Assembly: GCA_017405945.1 (NCBI GenBank)
Contig: JAFQZL010000039.1
Span: 19,335 to 83,334, forward strand
Direction of reading: 5' to 3'
DNA: 64,000 nt
Source of the DNA: Acidaminococcaceae bacterium
GTDB taxonomy: Bacteria; Bacillota; Negativicutes; Acidaminococcales; Acidaminococcaceae
Part shown: positions 1 through 8,313 of the stretch, one piece after another
Numbering within the stretch: position 1 is the stretch's first letter
How the letters are laid out: each line of letters begins with the position of its first letter
Notes under the pieces: model-generated
Seen by the model: only the letters and a program-made list of their open reading frames with translations
Database searches by the model: none
What the model was told of the DNA's origin: nothing
Position numbers and translations under genes: made by a program

Positions 1-27
1 CATTATTTTAAGCCAACCGGCAACCCT

Positions 28-1401
28 TCACACGGCTTTCTTCTTCCACGCGCCTGAATGATAAAACAACATACCCACCCACAGCGGCGTAAAGTTGGCC
101 AGCGCGTCACCCAGCCAGAAGCCCATATATTTCATGTCCAGCACAATCCCGAACAATACGGACAGCCCCAGCCGCAGAATAATCCCGTCAAACACGGCCG
201 TGACAAAATTCACACGGGAATTGCCGCTGCCGTTGATCAGCGCGTTGCTGCCGCTTCGTCCTGCGCAGCTGAAAAATGCAAGAATCGCGATGGGAATATA
301 TTCATAGCCTATCCTGATGACCGCCGGGTCATCCGTAAAAATCCCGTAAACCTGTTCCGGGAAGAAATAGATGACGAGGGAAGCAGCCACAGCCACCGCA
401 ATCATGATGCGGTACACTGCAAACACGATCTGCCGCACCCTGCCGTACTGCTCCGCACCGATATTCTGTCCCACCATGGATGCCCCTGCCGTATTAAAGG
501 AATTGGACATCATGTTGACAGACATGTTGATCTTGTTGGCCACGCCGGCGAAGGCGGAAACCGCCACACCGAAGGAATTGACCCAGGAGTTGACAAACAT
601 TTTGGAAAACTGTACCGCCGCGTTTTTAATCGCCATAGGCACGCCTAATTTCAGCAGGGATATGAGCATCTCTTTTTCCGGACAGAAAAACTGCCCCAGC
701 GTAATTGATAAATGATACCGGTCCCTGTTTTTGTATATGAACGCGGCGCACAGCAGGAAACTGACTCCCTGGCTGAGAATAGTCGCCAGCGCCGCGCCTT
801 TGGCGCCCGTGCCCATCTGCATGACAAAAATGACATCCAGCACAATATTCAGCAAAGCCGCAAGGCTGATGAAATAAAACGGATGCTTCGCATCGCCCAT
901 GCCCCTCAGAATCGCGCTCACCGCATTGTATCCGTAAACGAAAACAATGCCTGCCATGGAAATGCCGGCATAGGACAAGGCCTGCGCGAACGCTTCCGGA
1001 GGCGTATGCATCAGTTCCATGATCTCCCGGCGGAACAAAAGTCCTACCCCGGTGACGCAGCAGGCAAAGACAAACAGTGCAGCGCTCATGGTAGCGACAA
1101 AACGGCTCAGCTTGTCATGCTGCTTTGCACCGATATATTGGGCGATCAGCACCTGGCCCGCGCTGGAAAACCCCATGGCGATAAACGTCATGCAGTTCAT
1201 GATGTCCCCGCCGACCGAAATAGCGGAAAGCCCCACCTTGCCCAGTGTCTGTCCAACTATAATCATGTCCGCCATGTTGTAAACAATCTGCAGCAGGTGG
1301 GACAGGAACATCGGCATGGCAAAGGTAATAAGCTGCCGGTTCACGTTTCCTGTTGTAAAATCCGCAATCAGCGTATGCGGATGATGCTTCATGTGATGCA
1401 T
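28..1401 (-). CDS. MATE family efflux transporter
   Basis: 457 aa, about 12 hydrophobic segments; MATE motifs (LQIVYNMADMIIVG, ILRGMGDAKHP, LNIVLD, GVAVSAFAG). Confidence 0.92.
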   Translation of the reverse strand: MHHMKHHPHTLIADFTTGNVNRQLITFAMPMFLSHLLQIVYNMADMIIVGQTLGKVGLSAISVGGDIMNCMTFIAMGFSSAGQVLIAQYIGAKQHDKLSRFVATMSAALFVFACCVTGVGLLFRREIMELMHTPPEAFAQALSYAGISMAGIVFVYGYNAVSAILRGMGDAKHPFYFISLAALLNIVLDVIFVMQMGTGAKGAALATILSQGVSFLLCAAFIYKNRDRYHLSITLGQFFCPEKEMLISLLKLGVPMAIKNAAVQFSKMFVNSWVNSFGVAVSAFAGVANKINMSVNMMSNSFNTAGASMVGQNIGAEQYGRVRQIVFAVYRIMIAVAVAASLVIYFFPEQVYGIFTDDPAVIRIGYEYIPIAILAFFSCAGRSGSNALINGSGNSRVNFVTAVFDGIILRLGLSVLFGIVLDMKYMGFWLGDALANFTPLWVGMLFYHSGAWKKKAV

Positions 1402-1513
1402 AACGAGTACCCGTTATTCTCTGTGTCTCTGAAAAATCCGCTATCTCTTTTATCGAATCTTTCTTATCTAATTCTAATCTCGTTAATTTATTCTATTATA
1501 CCATTTATGCCTT

Positions 1514-2284
1514 TTAAAAATGTACAGAACCAACCCTTTTTTCCGCAAGGCTCCGTTCTGCCCATCCCGCGCAGTAAATGCTGCATTCAAACAGAAGAAT
1601 AGTCGGAACCGCCATCATGATCTGGCTCAGTACATCCGGCGGCGTTAAAAGGGCGCTGACGATAAAGCTCAATAACACAGCAAAGCGCCGGCCACGGCGC
1701 AGCGTATCCGCACGCAGCACTCCCGCCTTCGCTGCGATGGTGCAGGCTAAGGGCATTTCAAAAATCAGGCCGAAGGGAATCACAAACCCCAGCAGGAAAT
1801 TTACATAGCGGTCAATGGCAAACAGCGGCATGGCTGTTCCCGCGCCCGCATATACAAAAAAGCTCAGGGCCGATAAAAAGACGACACCATAGCCAAACGC
1901 CACGCCGGTCGCAAACAGCAGCAGGGAGAACACCGCCCAGCCAATGGCCAGTTTCCTTTCCTCCGGGTACAGCGCCGGCCGCACAAAGGCCCACATCTGC
2001 CACAGCAGCACCGGGGCCGCCAGCACCACGGCACAGAGCAACACCACCTTCAGCTGCACATACAGCGCATCCGCCAGACCCAGATAGATTAACTGCACGC
2101 CCTGTTCTTTCACCGGGGCCGCCACGGCATCCATCACCCGCTCGGGTCCGATATAAACGAGAACCGCAAATGCAAGAGCAACTGCCGCCACGCACCGGAT
2201 CAGCCGGCGGCGAAGTTCTCCTACATGTTCCCATAAGTCCATATCTATATTATTTTTCTGCAACTGCAGTTCCGGCTGGTTCAT
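1514..2284 (-). CDS. tatC: Twin-arginine translocase subunit TatC
   Basis: HVGELRRRL N-terminal motif, PALYPEER, FGLIFEMP, SALLTPPDVLSQ; adjacent to tatA; GGAG RBS upstream of 2284. Confidence 0.95.
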   Translation of the reverse strand: MNQPELQLQKNNIDMDLWEHVGELRRRLIRCVAAVALAFAVLVYIGPERVMDAVAAPVKEQGVQLIYLGLADALYVQLKVVLLCAVVLAAPVLLWQMWAFVRPALYPEERKLAIGWAVFSLLLFATGVAFGYGVVFLSALSFFVYAGAGTAMPLFAIDRYVNFLLGFVIPFGLIFEMPLACTIAAKAGVLRADTLRRGRRFAVLLSFIVSALLTPPDVLSQIMMAVPTILLFECSIYCAGWAERSLAEKRVGSVHF

Positions 2285-2435
2285 TTTCTTTCTCCGCGCC
2301 CTTATTCAGTTCCGCACGAAATTCCCGCAGGCTGGTGCCCAACGCCTTGCCTAAACCGGCCACCCGGCTGCCGCCGAATAATACCAGCGCAATCAATAAG
2401 ATAACCAGTAATTCTGTCGTTCCGATACGTCCCAT
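2250..2435 (-). CDS. tatA: Twin-arginine translocase TatA/TatE subunit
   Basis: 61 aa; IGTTELLVILLIALVLFG hinge followed by amphipathic helix (LGKALGTSLREFR); AGGAGG RBS. Confidence 0.93.
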   Translation of the reverse strand: MGRIGTTELLVILLIALVLFGGSRVAGLGKALGTSLREFRAELNKGAEKENEPAGTAVAEK

Positions 2436-2511
2436 TTTTTATTCCTCCTGTTCTTTAAACCCGGAAAGCGTCTTTCTCTTTTCGCTTAACTTTTCAATAA
2501 GTTTTCCGTCT

Positions 2512-2715
2512 TCAACTTTTTGCGGCCGGCTTATGCGCGCCGTCCTCACTGGCTTCGCCTTCTGCCAGCGCCAGCCAGTTGGTTTTCATAAATCCCCGCA
2601 GACCCACATAGGCACGGGCAGATTTTTTTGCGATACGGGGCAGATCCTTCGGTTCCAGCAGCAGAACCGCAAGAATCCCAATCATTACTATTTCGCCTAA
2701 CCCGATTTCCATCAC
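2512..2715 (-). CDS. tatB: Short TatB-like (TatA/B family) subunit
   Basis: 67 aa; EIGLGEIVMIGILAVLLLEPKDLPRIAK resembles the TatB N-terminus (DIGFxEL...GPxxLP); abuts the upstream flavoprotein gene. Confidence 0.7.
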   Translation of the reverse strand: MMEIGLGEIVMIGILAVLLLEPKDLPRIAKKSARAYVGLRGFMKTNWLALAEGEASEDGAHKPAAKS

Positions 2716-3246
2716 TCACACTTTCTTTCCTAACTCAAGGGCCTGAACCGGGTATTCCGTGCCTTCGATTGCGCTGCGGTAACCGCAGCCTGTCGCGTAG
2801 ATTTGTCCCTGGTCCTGCCACTCCATATATTGGCAAAGACGTGTATAATGCGCTTTTAACGCCGTCATCGTCCAGCTGTCGTTATTCCATGCGGTTGCCA
2901 GCAGTGCGGACTTCTTTTTATGGATGGAACCGGTACGGGAATAGAAACGGTCGATGACCGTTTTAAGCTGGGCGGAAAAGCCAAAATAATACAGAGGCGT
3001 TACCAGCACAATCATATCGCAGTCCACCAGCTTCTGAATCAGTTTCTCCTCAATGGCATCCTTCTGCACGCAGGGACCGTTCATGCCGCAGGCATCGCAG
3101 CCCCGGCAGGGATGGATGTCTTCGAAGGCAGCGTTGAAACGGAATACTTCATGCCCTTTACTTTCCGCACCTTCAATAAATTTATCTGCCAGCAGGGCCG
3201 ACGTACCGGCCTTATGCGGACTGCCTGTAACCACAACGATTTTCAT
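2716..3246 (-). CDS. Iron-sulfur flavoprotein / NADPH-dependent FMN reductase family protein, no signal peptide
   Basis: GSPHKAGTS FMN loop, CRGCDACGMNGPC (Cx2Cx2Cx5C) ISF-type motif, TPLYYFGFSAQLKTVIDR. Confidence 0.88.
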   Translation of the reverse strand: MKIVVVTGSPHKAGTSALLADKFIEGAESKGHEVFRFNAAFEDIHPCRGCDACGMNGPCVQKDAIEEKLIQKLVDCDMIVLVTPLYYFGFSAQLKTVIDRFYSRTGSIHKKKSALLATAWNNDSWTMTALKAHYTRLCQYMEWQDQGQIYATGCGYRSAIEGTEYPVQALELGKKV

Positions 3247-3260
3247 ATTCCGTATCCTCC

Positions 3261-3953
3261 TTATAAGCTCTTACCGATCCGGAAGGCCTGTTCCGGGAAT
3301 TCACTTCCTTCGATGGCAGAACGGCTGCCGCAGCCGTAGCCCAGCACCCGGCCCACATCCTGCCATTCCATGTAACGCACCAGCGTATTATAATGCTCCT
3401 GCAACGCGTTGAACGTAATATCCGAACTGTTCCAGGCGGTAGCCATCAGCATGGACTTTTTGCGATGGATGGCGCTGGTGCGGGAATAGAACCGGTCGAT
3501 TACGGTCTTGATCTGGGCGGAAAAACCGTAATAATACAGCGGCGTCACCAGAGCGACCATATCGCAGTCCACCAGCTTCTGGATCAATTTTGCCGAAATG
3601 GCATCCTGAATGACACAAGGGCCGTTCATGCCGCAGGCATCGCAGCCCCGGCAGGGGTTGATGTCTTCAAAGGCGGCATTGAAGCGGAATACTTCATGCC
3701 CCGCCGCCTGCGCCCCTTCAATGAACTTGTCCGCCAACAGGGCCGAGGTGCCGGCCTTATGCGGGCTGCCGCAAAGAACTACGATTTTCATTTTCTTTCC
3801 GTTAGACACGCCGCCGGGTTTTGCTTCCGCGCCGCCTGCTGACGGCGCCGCGCCGGCTTTCTTGTCCCCGCTGACTGCGTTGATGCCGCAGCCGCTGAGA
3901 AACAGGGTCAGCGCCCCGGCGCCGGTTACTTTCAGAAACTCTCTTCTGTCCAT
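3261..3953 (-). CDS. Tat-signal lipoprotein, iron-sulfur flavoprotein/flavodoxin family
   Basis: MDRREFLK twin-arginine motif, hydrophobic stretch, LSGC lipobox, Ala/Gly/Pro linker, then a domain closely paralogous to 2716-3246 with the same Cys motif. Confidence 0.9.
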   Translation of the reverse strand: MDRREFLKVTGAGALTLFLSGCGINAVSGDKKAGAAPSAGGAEAKPGGVSNGKKMKIVVLCGSPHKAGTSALLADKFIEGAQAAGHEVFRFNAAFEDINPCRGCDACGMNGPCVIQDAISAKLIQKLVDCDMVALVTPLYYYGFSAQIKTVIDRFYSRTSAIHRKKSMLMATAWNSSDITFNALQEHYNTLVRYMEWQDVGRVLGYGCGSRSAIEGSEFPEQAFRIGKSL

Positions 3954-3955
3954 GG

Positions 3956-4324
3956 TTAACTCCCCTTCTTCTTTGTCTGAAGTTCATAGCGCAGGTAATC
4001 AATCCGTTCCAGCGCTTTCTCTTTGCCGTGAATCGTTTCAAGTGTCCTGCCGCGTAATTTGTTCAGCATCTTCAGACAGGCTTCCGCAGAATTCTCCCCG
4101 TCCTGCCGCAGGCGCAGGTACGCAGCAATTTCTTCTTCCGCAAACCCGATTTCCTGTAACGTCATCCGTACACTCAGCTGTTCAATATCGCTGTCCGTAA
4201 ACCGGTATGCTTCCGCCTGCCTGTGCTTCCCACCCTTGCTTTCCGCATCTGCTTTTTCCGCTGCGTAGCGTTGCAGCAAGGCAAGCGGAATCTTATATTT
4301 TTCACTCACTTCCGTAATTGTCAT
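3956..4324 (-). CDS. MerR family transcriptional regulator
   Basis: MTITEVSEKY HTH start, YRFTDSDIEQL, coiled-coil C-terminus; start at 4324 chosen from the GGAGG RBS. Confidence 0.8.
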   Translation of the reverse strand: MTITEVSEKYKIPLALLQRYAAEKADAESKGGKHRQAEAYRFTDSDIEQLSVRMTLQEIGFAEEEIAAYLRLRQDGENSAEACLKMLNKLRGRTLETIHGKEKALERIDYLRYELQTKKKGS

Positions 4325-4423
4325 GCAATCCCTCCCTCTCAATACCCTTTCCAGGGTGTTTCATCTGTTATTATTGTAAGAAACTGTTGTGTGAAAGTCT
4401 AATACCGGTTTATCATTAAAAGC

Positions 4424-4440
4424 CATGCTTCCCGGGCATG
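4424..4440. promoter_or_regulatory. Putative LysR-type operator (ATGC-N7-GCAT) upstream of the merR-isf-isf-tat operon
   Basis: CATGCTTCCCGGGCATG has dyad symmetry and fits T-N11-A; a LysR gene lies immediately upstream. Confidence 0.5.
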
Positions 4441-4451
4441 ATGAGAAAAGT

Positions 4452-4482
4452 AAAAAACGCTGACAAACCGTCAGCGTTTTTT
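4452..4482. terminator. Bidirectional intrinsic terminator after the LysR gene
   Basis: AAAAAACGCTGAC-aaacc-GTCAGCGTTTTTT. Confidence 0.8.
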
Positions 4483-4541
4483 AGAACTCATATACAATTC
4501 TCTAATCATTATTAAATTTAAACAGGATATTGCATCCGTCG

Positions 4542-5420
4542 TTACAGTAACGGAGCCGTAGTACGGACATGCTCAATAAACTTTGTCACAGCCGGAGGAA
4601 ACACCTGCTCTTTCCGCCATACCAACACGCTGTTGTTGCCTATCTCCGGTGACAACGGCCGCAGGCAGAGAGCGTTACCGGGAACCTCAAAACCATGGAC
4701 CAACGCCACCCCTACATGATTTTCCACCATGATGGAACAGTTGTTGTAAGAAAGGTTCACGGTCGTTACCACATGCATACGGCGATAATAATCCCCGAAC
4801 CAGTTATCCAGTTCGTTGCGCACGGAATGGCGCCGGGCAACGATCAACGGCACCCCCACCAGATCAGGAGGCGTTATCGTTTCTTTTTCTGCCAGCGGAG
4901 AATCGCGGCGCATCAGAAGGTACCATCTTTCCCGTAACGGCATACGTACAAAATTAAACCGGCTGATCTCCACCGGTTCCAGCAACAGCCCGAAATCCAG
5001 TGTCCCGTTCTCCAGCTTTTCCTTCACATCGTCCGCATTGGCCGTGTAGATATCAAAGACCACTTCCGGATAGTGTTGCCGGAAGGATGTCATCAGGCGG
5101 GACAGACCTTCCATATTATTGGTTTCACCGCAGCCGATCCCAATGGTGCCCGTTACCGTTTCCCTGTTCAGGATGATCTCCTGTTCCGCTTTATCCGCCA
5201 GTTCCAGAATCTCCTGGGCACGACGCCGTAGAAGCCGGCCTTCTTCCGTAAGCGTAACACTGACACGGTTGCGCCGGAACAGACGGACCCCCAGTTCCTC
5301 TTCCAACTGCATCATCTGCCGGGAAAGCGTCGGCTGGGTGATGTGCAGCTGTTCCGCCGCGCGGGTAATGTTTTCTTCTCTTGCTATTGTAAGAAAATAT
5401 TTCAGTACACGGATTTCCAT
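4542..5420 (-). CDS. LysR family transcriptional regulator
   Basis: MEIRVLKYFLTIAREENITRAAEQLHITQPTLSRQ HTH; 292 aa. Confidence 0.95.
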   Translation of the reverse strand: MEIRVLKYFLTIAREENITRAAEQLHITQPTLSRQMMQLEEELGVRLFRRNRVSVTLTEEGRLLRRRAQEILELADKAEQEIILNRETVTGTIGIGCGETNNMEGLSRLMTSFRQHYPEVVFDIYTANADDVKEKLENGTLDFGLLLEPVEISRFNFVRMPLRERWYLLMRRDSPLAEKETITPPDLVGVPLIVARRHSVRNELDNWFGDYYRRMHVVTTVNLSYNNCSIMVENHVGVALVHGFEVPGNALCLRPLSPEIGNNSVLVWRKEQVFPPAVTKFIEHVRTTAPLL

Positions 5421-5542
5421 ACCTTTTCCGTTTCCTTTAGCCGTTACTCTTAACCGTTTTCTTTACGGATTTCTTTTACCTGTTTTATTATCCGGTTCAT
5501 TATCCGTTGTGCAGGCGTACTCTGGATTGAGCCCGCTTTTAG

Positions 5543-6157
5543 TTATTTTCCCAGACCGTTATCCTTAAGCCAGCCGTCGAGGCCGCCGGTGGAGTTGAGC
5601 AGGATACCGTCTTTCACCTTGGCATTGGGAAGGGTTTTCCGCAAATCATCCACGCTTCCTTCAACACCGCTGCCACCGCTGGTGGCAAAGGGCAGAATCG
5701 TTTTGCCGGACAAGTCCTGCGCTTCTACAAAGGTTTTCACAGCCATGGGTTCAATGTACCACCAGATGGGATAACCAAGAAGGATTACATCGTACTGTTT
5801 CATGTCAGGCAGCGTTCCCGCCAGTTTGGGACGGGCATTGTCTGCTTTTTCTTTTTTGCCGATGTCAATAGTGGCATGGTAATCGGTGGGATACGGCGTT
5901 GCCGTTTTGATTTCAAACAAATCGCCGCCGGTCTTTTGCTGTATGGTCTGCGCCACCTTACGGGTAGTGCCTCCCCAGGAGAAATATGCCACCAGCACTT
6001 TCCCGTTCGCCGGGGCGGGAGCCGCTTCGGCCTTCTTGGTCACAGCCGCCGGTTTCGCGTCGCTTTTGGGCGCCTCGGCTTTTTTGTCGCCGCCGCAGCC
6101 CGCAAAGGAAATGCACAGGCAAAGCGCCATCAGTGTAAACATAATTCGTTTCAGCAT
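5543..6157 (-). CDS. Flavodoxin-domain lipoprotein (Flavodoxin_4 type)
   Basis: Sec signal with FAGC lipobox; VAYFSWGGTTRKVA, LLGYPIWWY, PFATSGGSG. Confidence 0.88.
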   Translation of the reverse strand: MLKRIMFTLMALCLCISFAGCGGDKKAEAPKSDAKPAAVTKKAEAAPAPANGKVLVAYFSWGGTTRKVAQTIQQKTGGDLFEIKTATPYPTDYHATIDIGKKEKADNARPKLAGTLPDMKQYDVILLGYPIWWYIEPMAVKTFVEAQDLSGKTILPFATSGGSGVEGSVDDLRKTLPNAKVKDGILLNSTGGLDGWLKDNGLGK

Positions 6158-6244
6158 AATAACATCTCCCTTATCTTATCTTAATCTTATTTTTCTATGA
6201 ATATTGAAAATTTACGGTTTGATGTATAGATTCAATATATATTT

Positions 6245-6275
6245 ATAATAACCATTAAAGCTAACTGTAAGTCAA
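6245..6275 (-). promoter_or_regulatory. MerR-type promoter TTGACT-N19-TATTAT with operator TTACAGTTAGCTTTAA
   Basis: 19-bp spacer holding an imperfect palindrome that matches the operator at 36543-36558. Confidence 0.7.
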
Positions 6276-6373
6276 GTATAATTTTCACAGATGTAAAACG
6301 CATTTTCCGGATTTATGCTATAAAACCGAATTTGATTTTTCGCGTCCAATATTATTTTATTTCAGCGTCAATA

Positions 6374-7378
6374 TCATTTCATATACCGGTTTGCGAAATC
6401 AGCAATTTCGTCCAGTGAATCAATGCTGTCCTGCATTTCGGGAAGCAGCAGCGCAAAGTCGTGGGACATGCCGGGATAGACCGTTAATGTAACGGGAATC
6501 CCATCCGCTGCGGCCTTCTCCGCCAGCCGCACGCTTTCCGTCAGGAAGAGTTCGTTACCGCCCGCCTGGATCAGCATCGGGGGCAGGCCGGACAGGTCGG
6601 CGTATATAGGCGAGAGCCGGGGATCCTTGCGGCTCAGTTTTCCTTTGTACTTCGCATCCTTGACCGGAGTGTTCAACGGCGTCCCTTTTCCTAAAATGAC
6701 ATCCTTTTCGTCGTTGTAATACCGGGAAGTTCCCTTCTTATGTTCAAAAGTCGTCCAGGGGGAAGCCAGCGCGATGACGCCGGGCTGGGGCAGTTTATTT
6801 TCCTTTAAGTACAGTGAAAGCTCAACTGCCAGGTTCCCGCCGGCGGAGTCACCGGTCAGAATAATGTTTTTCCCTTTAATGCCACGGTTCAGCAGCTCTT
6901 TGTAAACAGCTGCCGCGTCTTCCAGTGCCGCAGGATATACATGGGCGGGCGCCAGACGGTAATTGACAAAATACACTTCTCCCGCGTCCGCCAGGGTTGC
7001 CTGACGCAATCCCAGAATGCGGTGGTTATTGCTCATGCCGCCTACATAACCGCCGCCGTGCATCTGCAGCAACACCCGGTCGCTCTTTTTCTGGTCTGCG
7101 GTCATCCGTTCCAGGGTGATGCCGTTTACCGTAACGGTTTCCATCTTCCATCCAACCGGCGCTTCAAATGGCGCAGGCGGTTTCATCTGGCTGAAAAATT
7201 TTTTCATATAATCAGCAACATACTTTTCTTTTGCCTGTCCCTGCAGCACGATTCCGTCAGAGGGAATCGTCAGAGGCTGCGGCTCCGCCCAGATGGGGGA
7301 CGCATTAACAAATAAACCAATACTAACGACTGCAGTTGCCAGTAATGCTTTTGCTTTCAGGTTCATACCAATCTTCAT
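6374..7378 (-). CDS. Secreted alpha/beta hydrolase (HSL-family esterase/lipase)
   Basis: Signal peptide; HGGG oxyanion motif, GDSAG nucleophile, HDF catalytic His. Confidence 0.9.
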   Translation of the reverse strand: MKIGMNLKAKALLATAVVSIGLFVNASPIWAEPQPLTIPSDGIVLQGQAKEKYVADYMKKFFSQMKPPAPFEAPVGWKMETVTVNGITLERMTADQKKSDRVLLQMHGGGYVGGMSNNHRILGLRQATLADAGEVYFVNYRLAPAHVYPAALEDAAAVYKELLNRGIKGKNIILTGDSAGGNLAVELSLYLKENKLPQPGVIALASPWTTFEHKKGTSRYYNDEKDVILGKGTPLNTPVKDAKYKGKLSRKDPRLSPIYADLSGLPPMLIQAGGNELFLTESVRLAEKAAADGIPVTLTVYPGMSHDFALLLPEMQDSIDSLDEIADFANRYMK

Positions 7379-7428
7379 TTTAAATAGTCTCCTTGTTTTA
7401 ATTTTTATTATTTCATTTCTTATTCTTT

Positions 7429-8193
7429 TTATTTTTTATCGTGAAAGCTTTTTTTGCTCAGCACTACATTGCCCGGCAGGTTTTCAATTTCTTTTGTGCT
7501 GTTCAGCATCTGCTGCGCTTTTTTCCAAAATGCCTGATGGGCTTTTGAATTTTTATATGCATCGCGCGCCGCATCGTCTTTAAACAACTCATACGTGTGA
7601 ATCATGTTGGCGCGTTCCTGTTCTGCCGTCGCGAACAGTCCCATAACGCCGGCGTCTTCTTTTACGCCCCGGCGCATTTCTTTAGCGATCAGTTTCTTAA
7701 ACGCGTCCAGTTTTTCCGGTTTCACGTCGTACAGGTGAAGGATTACATTGGTCCCGGTTCCTTCGGTTTTCTGTTCCAGCACAATGGGATCAACGGGAAG
7801 GATTACAAGCTTTTCCAGAATTTCTTTCCGTTCTTCTTTGTATTTGTGGAAACCGTCGCTTCCTACATGAATTTCGTAGGCGGCTTCGTCTTCGTAAATT
7901 TCCAACAGGCGCATTACATTAGGATTCTGTTTGTCGAGGCTCCCGTACAACGCGTACGTGCCGGTTTCTTTGGCTGCCAGAGGCGCCACATTCCTTGCTG
8001 CCATACCCATCATTTCGTTCATTGTGCCCGGCTTGGACTGCAGCACGGCCCAGTGGACCATTGGCATTTTCCCTTCCGGCGTGGTAATCTCTTTTGCTTC
8101 CGTAACTTGTGCTGTCATCATAACACACCCCGCTAATACTAACGCTGATAATGATTTTCCTGACATTTTCTGAATGGATACGCGCAAGATCAT
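7429..8193 (-). CDS. Putative exported double-ABM-domain (quinol monooxygenase-like) protein
   Basis: Signal-peptide-like N-terminus; two ABM-like repeats (EIYEDEAAYEIH and ELFKDDAARDAY...HQAF). Confidence 0.75.
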   Translation of the reverse strand: MILRVSIQKMSGKSLSALVLAGCVMMTAQVTEAKEITTPEGKMPMVHWAVLQSKPGTMNEMMGMAARNVAPLAAKETGTYALYGSLDKQNPNVMRLLEIYEDEAAYEIHVGSDGFHKYKEERKEILEKLVILPVDPIVLEQKTEGTGTNVILHLYDVKPEKLDAFKKLIAKEMRRGVKEDAGVMGLFATAEQERANMIHTYELFKDDAARDAYKNSKAHQAFWKKAQQMLNSTKEIENLPGNVVLSKKSFHDKK

Positions 8194-8244
8194 TTCCTCA
8201 CTTTCTATGTGTTCTATCCGCGTGCATGCGTTTTATAAAATGAA

Positions 8245-8276
8245 AATAGGAGCAGGATAGTCCTCCTGCTCCTATT
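8245..8276. terminator. Intrinsic terminator after the MATE gene
   Basis: AATAGGAGCAGGA-tagtcc-TCCTGCTCCTATT. Confidence 0.75.
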
Positions 8277-8313
8277 GTAAAAAAAACATTTTGAAATGTC
8301 TAATACTGCTTTT

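Noticed and set aside
6160-6200. (AAGAT)n-like repeats upstream of RBSs (also near 1440-1490) as TRAP-type RNA-binding sites
   Set aside because: Too few and too irregular, and the downstream genes are unrelated to tryptophan
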